NCBI RefSeq assembly: GCF_006345805.1
Contig: NC_042998.1
Location: 27,218,001 to 27,282,000 of the forward strand
DNA length: 64,000 nt
Direction: 5' to 3'
Source: Octopus sinensis
Taxonomy: Eukaryota
Shown: piece by piece, positions 24,628-36,809 of the stretch
Position numbering within the stretch: position 1 is the stretch's first letter
Layout of the letters: every line of letters begins with the position of its first letter
Position numbers and translations under genes: made by a program
Notes under the pieces: generated by a model
What the model was told of the DNA's origin: nothing
What the model saw: only the letters and a program-made list of their open reading frames with translations
Databases searched by the model: none

Positions 24628-26162
24628 ACACATTAATTGGTTGAAAACAGAATTTCTATCATTTCAAGTTTTTTTTTTTTTTTACCTTTAACCAATCAGC
24701 AGCAATATCACAGGGGTATGATGACCTCCAATAAAACAATTGACCAATCACAATTGCCATATTATATAGTCAAAAACCGAGATGTTGTCTGCAGATAATA
24801 CATCCTGAGAGAAAGCTATCCAATTTTCATCAAATTCTTGTGTAGTGCATGTCGTTTCTTTAACAAAAGACAATTTTATTGCTTTTAATAATGGACAGCT
24901 CCAAACAATCTGTTGGTTTCACAAAAAGTGCCTGAAATTCAATTGCAAAGAGAACAAAGCTTTTGTGAAAACTGTGATGGGAATTAATTTTTGGAATGAT
25001 CTTGCAACACAGCCACCAGGAAAATCATCACTCCAGCTTGCAATGAGTATGATTTGTATAATTACAATAACATAAATCTATTTGCGACATTTTTATTAAG
25101 TTTAAAGAAAATATATAAATGATATACACCATGTTCTAAAATTAACAGATACTAGAATAATTATAGTGGTTATATTGCTAAATATGATGTATATGTTACT
25201 TGTGTTGTTGTTTAGCTCCAGACTAGTCCCGGTCAAGCAGAAATTCTTGTGATCATTTTATTTTTCTCTAGGTGTTGGAGTGGCTGTGTGGTCAGTAGCT
25301 TGCTTGCAAACCACATGGTTCCGTGTTCAGTCCCACTGCATGGCACCTTGGGCAAGTGTCTTCTACTATAGCCTCGGGCCGACCAAAGCCTTGTGAGTGG
25401 ATTTGGTAGACGGAAACTGAAACAAGCCCGTCGTATATATGTATATATATGTGTATGTATGTGTGTGTTTGTGTGTCTGTGTCTGTCCCCCAAACATCGT
25501 TTGACAACCGATGCTGGTGTGTTTACGTCCCCGTAACTTCAGCAAAAGAGACTGATAGAATAAGTACTAGGCTTACAAAGAATAAGTCCTGGGGTCAATT
25601 TGATCAACTAAAGGCGTAACTCCAGCATGGCCACAGTCAAATGACTGAAACAAGTAAAAGAGACCTACATTCCAATAAATCAATATTTTAAATAGTTGAA
25701 TGAGATTTGAGGGAGATTTGACTGCGTTTTCTAACAGATTGAATAACCATACAAAGATTCCCTTGATTGGTGGTGGCCGTTGTGATGGTAATAGTGGTTG
25801 GTGTACATAAGTTAGTGGTGGTGTTGGTTGTTTACAATCAAATTTCTGTCACAATCTGCTACGAAATCAACAAACTGTTTCCAGCAGTCATTATTAAATA
25901 CAACAAAATTGGGTTTTTTTTTCATAGGAATGACATGCATAGCACAAAAACTTGACAAAGATTGGACAGTTTTCTCCTAGAGTATGTTATCTGCAAACGA
26001 CATCTTGGTCCGCAATCACATAATGCAGCAACTGTGATTGGTCAGTTATCTTATCAGGGTCATCATGGATGACGCTGATTGGCTAAATATATTGACTTTT
26101 CTACAAAATGTGGAAAGCCAGAAATAATATAAAATCTTTGTTTTTTGAAAAATCAATGTGCA
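24628..26162. mobile_element. Old foldback-like element with about 300-bp inverted arms
   Basis: 24680-24930 aligns with the reverse complement of 25845-26095 (AACCAATCAGC..GACCAATCACA..GAGATGT.GT.TGCAGATAA..TCCAAT..TTTAATAATG). A young SINE sits between the arms. Confidence 0.55.
25275..25661 (+). mobile_element. Young SINE family B
   Basis: Full-length, close to consensus. Confidence 0.9.
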
Positions 26163-26196
26163 TTTTGTCTGCCTTTACATTATAAGTTCAAATATT

Positions 26197-26427
26197 TATT
26201 TCTTTATCGCCCACAAGGGGCTAAATGCAGAGGGGACAAACAATGACAGACAAACGAATTAAGTCGATTATATCAACCCCAGTGCGTAACTGGTACTTAA
26301 TTATCAACCCCGAAAGGATGAAAAGCAAAGTCGACCTCGGTGGAATTTGAACTCAGAACGTAGCAGCAGACGAAATACCGCTAAGCATTTCGCCCAGCGT
26401 GCTAACGATTCTGCCAGCTTGCCGCCC
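26197..26427 (-). mobile_element. Young SINE family A inserted into the B-box region of an older + strand family A copy (about 26155-26575)
   Basis: 14-bp TSD TAAGTTCAAATATT (26183-26196, 26428-26441). Confidence 0.9.
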
Positions 26428-26947
26428 TAAGTTCAAATATTGCCGAGGTGGACTTTAGCCTTTCACCATTTTAGGGTCAATAAAATACGAACCGTTTGAA
26501 AACTGAGGTCAATGTAATTGATTTACTCCCTTCCCAAAAATTGCTGGCCTTGTGCCAAAATTTGAAGCCAATGTGCAACTTTTATAAATGGAGGTAATCA
26601 GTTTTAAGATATATATCAAATTCACAAGTTATCAGATATGAATTAAATTGTTCCCAGATTATTGCACAAAATCCTGGAAACAAACATATGAATAGCTCAT
26701 ATCCTATGGCCTAAAGCGCATGCATATGTATGCACGTGTGTTTGTGCATATTTGGAACTAATCTTGTTATATATAGCAATGCTGTGTTTATTGTTCATTT
26801 CATTTTTTTCCTACTTGAATTTAAAGCTGATCAAATTAAAGGGGACATCGATTGATTGGCCAAATTGTCAAAAGTTTGGGCCTTTCTACTCATGCTGCAC
26901 ATTTGTATACACCTGATATATTTACCTGTCTTCAGTGTAAATGCCTT

Positions 26948-27170
26948 TTAACCCTTTAGCATTTAAACTGGACATGTCCAGCCTAAATGTTCTACCTGTT
27001 TTATGTTCAAACCAACCAGATCCTGTCTCTCACCCCTACACTATAATGTCGTTCCAAAAATATGCAGTCACACAATTAAAAATCTCGAAGCTACAAGTTA
27101 ATGCAGGATTAATTTAAAACAAAATGAACAAATAAAAATAAGCATTACATTGGATAGAGTAGTCTGAATA
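26948..27170. mobile_element. TTAA MITE family B, one end lost
   Basis: Starts TTAACCCTTTAGCATTTAAAC. Internal sequence is the reverse complement of the 47002 and 43228 copies. Confidence 0.7.
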
Positions 27171-27348
27171 AATCTAAGATATTGTTAAAAACTTGTGGTT
27201 TCATGATGGAAAGCAAATTAGAAATAAATATTCTCCCACCTCTGGATAAATTGAGTCTGTTGCAGATAATATTTCTTGTTAACATGGTGCCTATTCCCAA
27301 TATCCGGAAGACTAGATCAGAATAATATAAAGCTAACTTTCTAAAAGT

Positions 27349-27585
27349 GGAGGCATGTGGTTTAGTGGTTAGGTTGTCAGCATCATGATCGTAAGATTGT
27401 GGTTTCGATTCCTGGACCGGGCGACGTGTTGTGTTCTTGAGCAAAACACTTCATTTCACATTGCTCCAGTCCACTCAGCTGGCAAAAATGAGTTACGCTG
27501 TGATGGATTGGTATCCCATCCAGCTGAGGAACACACACGCCATGGAAACCGGGCCCATGAGCCTGGCAAGGTTTTAAAAGGGTGC
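27349..27585 (+). mobile_element. tRNA-headed SINE with a Deu/Nin-like 3' domain
   Basis: TGGTTTAGTGG..GGTTTCGATTCC head, then GTGTTCTTGAGCAAAACACTTCATTTCAC..GATGGATTGGTATCCCATCCAG. Domain naming is an inference. Confidence 0.7.
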
Positions 27586-27812
27586 ATTTATTTTTCTTTT
27601 AATTTTCTAAAAACAATAAATAAAACAAATAAAATGTTTGTATCAGATTAACAATCATGAATCTATGAACAAGCAGCCTACTATTGTATCTATTTGCTAT
27701 TTTCACTCTGCAGAAGGTTCTACAATATGCCATTGATCAAGAATTTGGTTCTCAAGGGTCCATGTAACCTCACATATAAAAGTGCCATGCGAGTGTGTGT
27801 GATGTCACTGCT

Positions 27813-28042
27813 TTAACTCTTTCGTTACTGTATTTATTTTGCGATACTCTGTGTTTCTTTCAATTACTTTTTAAAATAATAAAGAATTTAGTAAAATAAC
27901 TTAGTTATCATTCAGCTAGTGTTAGGAACATAAATTGTGACTAAGGTTTCATGGAAGATTTTAATTCAAAACTTATGAAAACAAGACATTTGTACTACAG
28001 AACCCGAGGCAGTTTCAGTCGGGTTGGTATCAAAAGGGTTAA
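27813..28042 (+). mobile_element. TTAA-flanked (piggyBac-type) MITE family A
   Basis: TTAA-C(T/C)CTTTCGTTAC...GGTATCAAAAGGG-TTAA, about 230 bp. Confidence 0.85.
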
Positions 28043-28193
28043 ATGCTAAAGTGTTAATCTCTCAACCTGCACAAAGACACTTCCTTCAGTGCTTCTCCAT
28101 CTCCCAGTTGAGGGCTTTTTGTCTTGTTATTTACTTGGTGCCACATACAAAGTACCAGTTCTAATGCCACATACAGAGCACCCAGTGCACTCT

Positions 28194-28422
28194 TTAACCA
28201 TTTTGTTACCATATTTCTGTTGAGATACTCTGTGTTTCTTTCAATTTATTCTGAATATAACAAAGAATTTAGTAAAATAACTTAGTTATCATTCAGCTAG
28301 TGTTAGGAACATAAATTGTGACTAAGGTTTGGTGGAAGGTTTTAATTCCAAACTTATGAAAACAAGACATTTGAATTTAGAGCCAGAGCCAGATTCAGAT
28401 GGGTTGGCAACGAAAGGGTTAA
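28194..28422 (+). mobile_element. TTAA MITE family A
   Basis: Same TIRs and internal sequence as 27813-28042. Confidence 0.85.
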
Positions 28423-29545
28423 TTTTAAAGCATTTGGCAATTGATAAGAAGGGTAATTTCAACTTTGGTCTATTTTGAACATGGAGTGTAAAATAAAAAT
28501 TATAAGTCAGTGAAGGCAGCAGTTTCAATCAACTCATTCTCACAGCAAAGTTGTAATAGAAATATTAATTTCTTCTGATATATTACTTTTAAAATTACTT
28601 AAAATTTTATTATTGCTTGTTAAATAAGAAAAGATTCTTCCATATAATTATGATGGAGTGCTTTCACTGAAATACAAACCCTTTCAGATAAAAGGTTTTG
28701 TACCATAAAACCAAAGGTGATCTCAGCAAGGTAGGTATCTAATTAGTTTTTAATCTGAAAACAGAAATTATTGCTACAGACCATTGTGAAAGTCATATTA
28801 TTTTATTTTACTTTAGTTCTTAGTTAGAAGCATCTATCAGGTTTCATAATATTCCTTGTTCTTTTCTCAAATGAATAAAAGCAGGATTATGTTTTCAACA
28901 ATAAAAGAATTTCTCTTTTTCAACCAAATTTTAATTTGTAGATTTTTATGCTTGTTTTTTAAAAATTACTTTTGAAATGTTTTCATTTGTTCTAAATATA
29001 CAAAGTTTAGAAACATTGTTTTATAGTTTTCAGCTACATCAATAGAATTACAATGAAAAAAAATGCAGTTTAATTTTATTTTCATTTTATTTTTATCAAT
29101 CAATATCGGAGCAGACTATTGGTTTGTAACATAAATCAAGGTAGTGAGGAATCCCATCCACTAATCAATTATTTTATTTTCCTGATTAATATACTTTTTC
29201 GTGGTAACAGCAGTTGTAGACTGGGTCAGAATAAAAAACAACAGCATTACTTTGGTTTGTTTGCCATAAAATTGTTCAAATAGATTGACTTATGACACAA
29301 GATTATTGTATTTTCTAATGAGATACATTAATTAAAGCTTATTCTTTTATTTTATTTATTTATCCATTTATTTAAAATATTCATCTGCAGCAGAGTTGCA
29401 AAAATGGATAACTCTCTAAAATGTTGTATTTGATAATTTACAATAACTTCTTCATCACTGTCCTCATCTAGATTCAAAATCTGTTTACTATGTACATCAC
29501 ATTTTTTTCTATCTAAAGCCAGTAGAATAAGAACCATCAGTCAAG

Positions 29546-29775
29546 TTAACCCTTTTGTTACTCTATTTATTTTGAGATGCTCCGTGTTTCTTTCAATCAA
29601 TTTTAAATATAACAAAGAATTTAGTGAAATAACTTAGTTATCATTAAGCTGGTGTTAGGAACATAAATTGTGACTAAGGTTTGGTAGAAGATTTTTATTC
29701 AGAACTTATGAAAACAAGACATTTACACTACAGAGCCAGAGGCAGTTTCAAGCAAGTTGGTATCAAAAGGGTTAA
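29546..29775 (+). mobile_element. TTAA MITE family A
   Basis: TTAACCCTTTTGTTAC...GGTATCAAAAGGGTTAA. Confidence 0.88.
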
Positions 29776-29787
29776 ATTAATCATTTG

Positions 29788-30017
29788 TTAACCCTTTCGT
29801 TACCATTTTTCTGTTGAGATGTTCTGTGTTTCTTTCAATCAATTTTAAATATAACAAAGAATTTAGTAAAATAACATAGTTATCATTCAGCTAGTGTAAG
29901 GAACATAAATTGTGACTAAGGTTTGGTGGAAGATTATAATTCAAAACTTATGAAAACAAGACATTTGTACTACAGAGCCAGAGCCAGTTTCGGCTGGGTT
30001 GGTAACAAAAGGGTTAA
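29788..30017 (+). mobile_element. TTAA MITE family A
   Basis: TTAACCCTTTCGTTACC...GGTAACAAAAGGGTTAA. Lies 12 bp after the previous copy. Confidence 0.88.
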
Positions 30018-30096
30018 GTGAACAACCACTTTCCAGTTACATTACATCTCAGTTAACTTCCTCTTTTTTTTTTTTTGAGAGATACAACAGCTATAA

Positions 30097-30640
30097 CTAA
30101 AGAGGCTTGTCAGTCTGCCTCGTAGTCCTTGCAGACAAAGTGGAAAAGGTATTGCCCCAGAGGCTGGCGAGGGAGATATACTGGAACAACCACTCTAACT
30201 CACAGGGCTTGCACTTGCGTATAGCCATCTTTGCCTGGATAGCAGTGAGCAGGGATATAGTCCAGGGACCAAGAATACCAGAGATCTCCACTGCCACAGG
30301 CTTGACCATAAATCTGTCAGAGTAGCTAATACATTGACATTTTGGCGGTGAGCTGGCAGAAACGTTAGCATGCCGAGCAAAATGCTTAACGGTATTTCGT
30401 CTGACATTACGTTCTGAGTTCAAATTCCCCCAAGTCGACTTTGCCTTTCATCCTTTTGGAGTCGATAAATAAAGTACCAGTTACGCACTGGGGTCGATGT
30501 AATCGACTTAATCTCTTTGTCTGTCCTTGTTTGTCCCCTCTATGTTTTGCCCCTTGTGGGCAATAAAGAAATAACATTGACATTTTGTCCTTCTTTGTTT
30601 GACAAGCAGTGAAGCCTGGACAGGCAGCTATGAAATTTTA
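30097..30640 (-). mobile_element. CRE-like (RLE-endonuclease) non-LTR retrotransposon 3' fragment, split by a SINE
   Basis: YSDRFMVKPVAVEISGILGPWTISLL...ELEWLFQYISLASLWGN resembles the RLE C-terminal motif F.PVAVET.G..G...QRISLA.QRGN. Confidence 0.65.
30344..30573 (+). mobile_element. SINE family A inserted in the CRE-like fragment
   Basis: 13-bp TSD ACATTGACATTTT (30331-30343, 30574-30586). Confidence 0.92.
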
Positions 30641-32689
30641 ACTTTATTGAGTGAAAAATAATCTGTATTTATCATTATTTATGTTAAGTTTGCAATTGTT
30701 TTTCATTTAACTAGATTTGAACAGAAATTTTGTATCCTGTAAATACTGACCTTGCTTTTGACATCCAATACTAACAAAATAAGTTGCAATGATAGATCAG
30801 GGTTGATTTCTTTGGCAGAAATCAGTTTTGTATTTTAATAAGAAATAATTAACTGTTAATTTGATTTTTTTTTAAATGCTTTTCACAAAGTAGTTTAATT
30901 TTTCAAATACATTTAACTTCAGATATCTTAAAAAGAAATCTGAAGTTAAATGTTAGACACATATGTTTTAAGCCATTAAAAACAATTTTACTAAATCTCA
31001 AAAAATAATTTTAAATGTGTTAGGCTTTTAAAAACTATTCTAGTGCCCCAGCATGATCATAGCCAAATAGCTATAATCAATATAAGATGGGAAAATTTAT
31101 TACAAAGAAACCAGTACTTCCTTATTTTTGCATAAGAAAATTTTTCATTGTAGACCTGTCAACAATTACTGTGACTACAAAAACTGTATCAATTAGAAAA
31201 GAAAGATAGTTACGTAGCAGATGGTATTCTAACGATTATACATTTTGTGTCATAAACAAAATTTGTTAACAATAATATATTTTGTTTTACAATTTTTAGT
31301 TAATGTGTCTACTGTCACCTAACGCCATAAAAATATGATGAATGTATGATGATAAATTAAAAAGAAAAACATTGAAACAAAATCAATTACATAAAAAACA
31401 GGAAGTCAAAATATATATTAAGGATACAAAAAGAAAAAAAAAATTATTGTTATTACATGCAGAAATTGCAAAGAATGTGATAATTTGAACAGGCAGCAGT
31501 CAATTTTATAACGCTTTAAGAATCTGTCCTATAAATAAATATTTTGAAAGCAATTTACTAATTTTTTCTTTGCTTACAAAAATTTCCTATGTTTCGTGCT
31601 GAAACTGTGTTTTGGAGAATTTTATTCAAAATATCTACTGATCTATTTGTAAAAAAATATTGTTTAGTATTTTGAGCTGTATGGTATCACAAATATTTTC
31701 CTTTTAATATTTTTGTGATTTTAATGTAAAACTTTAGTTAGAAATAAAAATTAAAAAAAGTGAATATATACCTTTTGTTGAAGAATTTTAGTAAACATAT
31801 TTTAAAAACACAAGTTAATGAATTTATGAATTTTTGCACAGTAGAATTCACAATGAGAAAAATATTTTTTCTGCTCTTTAACAAGGATCAAAAACAAATT
31901 CATTAATCTTCATTTCATAAAAGATATCTTTTTCATAAAAGTAGATGTATTATAGATATTCTCCAAAATAAATAGCTGTCTCCCAAAATCATTGTAAAAC
32001 TGTTATAATTTATAAACCGAATAAATTGTCCTAATATCAAACATAATACATCTCTGTATTGTATTTACTTGTAAATATATATATAAATCTATATGTTATC
32101 AGTAAATAGTTTCACAAATACTTCTTCTTTTTTTCCTTGGTATTTGTTATCATGGTAACATTTTTATTATTATAAGAAAGTGTGTAAAATGTAAAATTGT
32201 GCAGTTAAAAGGCAAGCAATTCTTTTTTTTTTCTTTGACAGTAGAAGCAACATATTTAATCTTTCTTAGGTAGTTAGCCAAGTATTTCTGTGGAGAAACA
32301 TCACTTTTCTCACATGCATATCAAGAAGATATTAAATGTTGAAAAATGTATTCAACTGATTTTTAATAAAGTTGACTTTTATGAACCTTTTCACAAGATT
32401 TTATTAAACATAAATAGCACATTTTAGAAATAAATGAAATGTTAAATGTATTTTAAAACAAAACTTTTAATGTGCTTCATACAAATTAATTTGATTTAGA
32501 ATTAATATAGATATGTTAAGGATATTTGGGCATATATATTAAATCTATAAATTCTTTATATTAAATATAGTAATAAATGTCACAATATACGTGTGTGTGT
32601 GTGTGTGTGTGTGTGTGCATGTATTAATGATTATTTTGTGGGGTTGGTGATGGGTGGGCATTTTTGGATTTTACTCATGCTTCAGCTGG

Positions 32690-33416
32690 ATCATCATCAT
32701 CATCGTTTAACGTCTGCTTTCCATGCTAGCATGGGTTAGACAATTTGACTGAGAACTGGCGGACCAGATGGCTGCGCCAGGCTCCAATCTGATCTGGCAG
32801 AGTTTCTACAGCTGGATGCCCTTCCTAACGCCAACCAGTCCGAGAGTGCAGTGGGTGCTTTTTATGTGCCACTGGATGTTTCTGAAAAATTAATCTGTTG
32901 CTTAACTCTTTTACCAGTTTCAGTCATTGGACTGCAACTGTTCCCAGGCACTGCCTTAAAGGGTTTAGTCAATTAAAATTGACCCCAGTACTTATTTCAA
33001 GAGTCTGATACATACTCTGTTGAGCACTTTTTGCCAAATCCCTTATTCACAAAGATGTAAGTAAACCAACATCAACTGTCAAGATGTTAGAGACAAACAA
33101 AGATGCCACCACTGCTGTCCAATGCCAGCACCGCCTTGACTGGCTTCTGTGCCGGTGGCATGTAAAAAGCACCGATCGATCGGGGCCACTGCCAGCTTCC
33201 CCTGGCCCCTGTGCCGGTGGCATGTAAAAAGCATCCACTACACTCATGGAGTGGTTGGCGTTAGGAAGGGCATCCAGCTGTAGAAACACTGCCAGATCAG
33301 ACTGGAGCCTGGTGCAGCCTCCTGGCTTCCCAGACCCCAGTCGAACCGTCCAACCCATGCTAGCATGGAAAACGGACATTGAACGATGATGATGACGACG
33401 ACGACGACGACAACGG

Positions 33417-33480
<64 letters not shown>

Positions 33481-33515
33481 GGTGGTGGTGGTGGTGGTAG
33501 TGGTGGTGGTGATGG
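32690..33515. mobile_element. Family C pair in inverted orientation (32690-32878 on -, 33105-33515 on + with an expanded (GAT/GAC/GGT)n tail)
   Basis: Both copies match family C. Confidence 0.85.
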
Positions 33516-33955
33516 TGAATGGGCTTCCGTACAGTTTCTGTTCACCAGACTCACTCACAAAGCATTGGTCAATCCAGGATTATGGTAGAAAATATTTCTC
33601 AGTGTGTCATGCAGTGAGACTGAATCCAATACCACATGGTCACAAAGCAGACTTCTTAATCACACTCATGCAGCCATGCCTGTTAAATTTGTGTGCTGAT
33701 ATCTTTCATTCTGTCAGTCATGTTACAGAATCTGATAGTAATTCTGTCTGTTAAATACATTCTGTTACATTAATGCAAAACGACTCTATTTTTCAATAAA
33801 ACGCTCATGGTAATTACCTAAACATCTTTCATTATAAATGAGGAATGTAAAATATTTTTTTATTACATCTTAGTAATTATCATCTAAGCTTATTTGCCTG
33901 TAACACCAATCCTTTTCTTCCACAACCCCACTATTCAACATATTTCTGAGAAAAT

Positions 33956-34160
33956 AAGGCGGCAGGCTGGCAGAATCATTACTGTGCTGAGCAAAATGCT
34001 TAGCAACATTTCTTCCATCTTTGAGTTCTGCCATGATTGACTTTGCCTTTCATCTTTCCAGGATTGATAAAATAGTATCAGTTGAGTTATGGGGTTGATG
34101 TATTTGACTTCTGCCCTCCCTCAAAATTGCTGGCCTTGTGCCAAAATTGGAAACCAGTAT
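33956..34160 (+). mobile_element. SINE family A, diverged
   Basis: Degenerate head and core. Confidence 0.65.
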
Positions 34161-34214
34161 ATTTCTGAGAATGTTCTTCCTTATTTTCATGAATTCTAAC
34201 CCACTGCATTTATT

Positions 34215-34479
34215 ACTCTTTTACTTGCTTCAGTCATTTGACTGTGCCCATGCTGGAGCACTGCCTTTAAATCGAACAAATTGATCCCAGGACTTATTCT
34301 TTGTAAACCTAGTACTTATTCTATTGGTCTCTTTTTTGCCGAAGTGCTAAGTTACGGGGACGTAAACACACCAGCATCGGTTGCCAAGCGATGGTGGCAG
34401 GACAAACACAGACACACAAATACATACATACATACATACATACATACATACAACATACATACATACATACATACATACA

Positions 34480-34545
<66 letters not shown>
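34215..34545 (-). mobile_element. SINE family B, 3' half with (CATA)n/(AT)n
   Basis: Consensus 3' segment. Confidence 0.8.
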
Positions 34546-34549
<4 letters not shown>

Positions 34550-35194
34550 CGTGTAGATTTCTTTTGTGCCGCAAACCATTTACCAATTCTGTGGGGCCTC
34601 TACTTTCCTTGATGCCCTGGTTAATCCAGTGCTGCACAAGAAGAAGAATATTTCAATAACTTTCAATTTTATCTATCTGCTTATCTGCCTGTCTGCTGAA
34701 TAAAAATATCTGCTGTTTAATTCAGCATTTCTCAAATGAGACATATGCCACATCCCATCCCACCAAAATATTCGAAAAATTTTTTGCTATTCCCTTCTTT
34801 ATAAACAAGAATATAAAATAGAGTTTGTAACAATACAATGCTTCTTTTCTTTACTACATTGCTGCACAATTTCATAAAATTGGCAATTGCAATAAACACA
34901 AACCGATTTTATTAAACATGGCAATTTGTCTTTCCTCTTTTCAATCCTCTCAGGCTTCTTCCTGTGAGAAAAACTGGACTAATGGTTTGTTGATGCTTAG
35001 CCTCAGGTCAGTTCTGATTGAGCAGAACTATGGTCAACAGCTTTCAGTTGTGACCATCCTGTTTTATTCTGCATATCATTGTCCATTATGTTCATTCTTT
35101 TTTAAGACTGTAGGACAAAATTTGAGGAAATATTATTGTTATTATAGAGGCTCCTTGGTTGGTGGATAGAAATTATTTTATCTACTTGTACATA

Positions 35195-35279
35195 TATATA
35201 TGTATATATAAATATATATATATAAACTTATTTATCATTTTTACATATATATATATATATAAACTTATTTATCATTTTT

Positions 35280-35318
<39 letters not shown>

Positions 35319-35331
35319 TATTTATCATTTT

Positions 35332-35370
<39 letters not shown>

Positions 35371-35382
35371 TAACCTATTTAT

Positions 35383-35423
<41 letters not shown>

Positions 35424-35490
35424 TATTTATCATTATATATATATATATATATTAACCTATTTATCATTTTATATATATGTATATATATAT
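35195..35490. repeat. Compound minisatellite: constant AAACTTATTTATCATTTT core separated by variable (AT)n
   Basis: Six cores at about 35223, 35261, 35313, 35371, 35419 and 35454. Confidence 0.85.
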
Positions 35491-35605
35491 ATTAATTAAA
35501 ATCTTAGGGTAGCAAGAATATTTATCGAAAATTTTCCTAGCTACCAGTGGTCTAGCGAGAAAGAAAAAATTAGTCCATAGACTATACATTATTCAGAGAA
35601 GAATA

Positions 35606-35832
35606 CAGTGTTCATTCAAACACATGAGATACCCAGGAAATAGGATATCTGACTCACTAGAAAGAGCAGTTAAACCCCAAGCCACTAATTGTTGCAATTC
35701 CGAAAGTGATTGAATAATAAAATAAAAACTTTTACCTTATTTTTCAATCACTTTCAGAATTACAACAATTAGTGGCTTGGAGTTTAACTGCTCTTTCTAG
35801 TGAGTCAGATATCCTATTTCCTGGGTACACTG
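35606..35832. mobile_element. Palindromic Tc1/mariner-type MITE (same family as 19028)
   Basis: TA|CAGTG...CACTG|TA termini and 85-bp inverted arms at 35630-35714 and 35743-35827. Confidence 0.7.
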
Positions 35833-35835
35833 TAT

Positions 35836-35906
<71 letters not shown>

Positions 35907-35955
35907 CACACACACATACACATGCATGTATACACACACTCACATACACGCACAC

Positions 35956-35986
<31 letters not shown>

Positions 35987-36183
35987 GAGAGAGAGATTAG
36001 ATGAACAGAGAGACAGACACACATCTGCACTGAACATATTTGATTAGATACAATAAACTGGTCTTTGCAAACTATATGAAAAATTTTAAATGCAGACAGA
36101 AAGAATGTGTTTTGTGAGTCTGTTGTCTGTATGTATATTGTGATCAGAGCTAGATTAACCATTAAGCAAAATAAGCACATACT

Positions 36184-36809
36184 TAGGGCAGTAAGAGAAG
36201 CAGGGTGCCACAGAAATGGTAAATGGTTTATGGCACAAAAGAAATCACTTCAAACTTGCTAAAATAATAATCAGGATGCCTTGTCTCTAGTAAATATAAA
36301 AGATGTGTTATGTAAGATTAATTTTGAGGATCTGATCAAAGACTTTGCAATTAAAAAATGTAAGAAAATTTTTTCAAATATAAATAATGTGGAAATATAC
36401 AAAAATAAACATTATTTTCCATTTTACTGTTGGTTTAGTTTCATTTTGAAAAGTAAGTGGCACGTAAAATGCACCAATCCGATCGTGGCCGTTGCCAGCC
36501 TAGCCTGGCACCTGTGCAGGTGGTACGTAAAAAGCACCCACTACACTCACGGAGTGGTTGGCGTTAGGAAGGGCATCCAGCTGTAGAAACACTGCCAGAT
36601 CAGACTGGAGCCTGGTGCAGCCTTCTGGCTTCCCAGATCCCCGGTCGAACCGTCCAACAAGGTGCTAGAATGGAGAACGGATGTTAAACGATGATGATGA
36701 TGATGATGATTTTATGATTTATTGTTGTGCATTTTTTTCAATTACGTATATATGGGGCACGGAAATCTTTTAAGTGCTTAGGGCCTCTATGGATTTTACT
36801 TTGGCCCTG
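36184..36809 (+). mobile_element. hAT-derived deletion element with a transposase C-terminal (dimerisation) remnant
   Basis: ALSLVNIKDVLCKINFEDLIKDFAIKKCKK matches hAT C-termini. Ends TAGGGC... / ...GGCCCTG. Interrupted by an RTE-tail copy at about 36455-36710. No clear 8-bp TSD. Confidence 0.65.
36455..36710 (+). mobile_element. Family C inside the hAT derivative
   Basis: Consensus match with (GAT)n tail. Confidence 0.88.

Noticed and set aside
27714-27767. + strand acceptor followed by KVLQYAIDQEFGSQGSM*, plus other + strand exon-like pieces (28688-28730, 34946-34998, about 32250, about 42102)
   Set aside because: No recognisable homology, and phases do not join into a consistent ORF.
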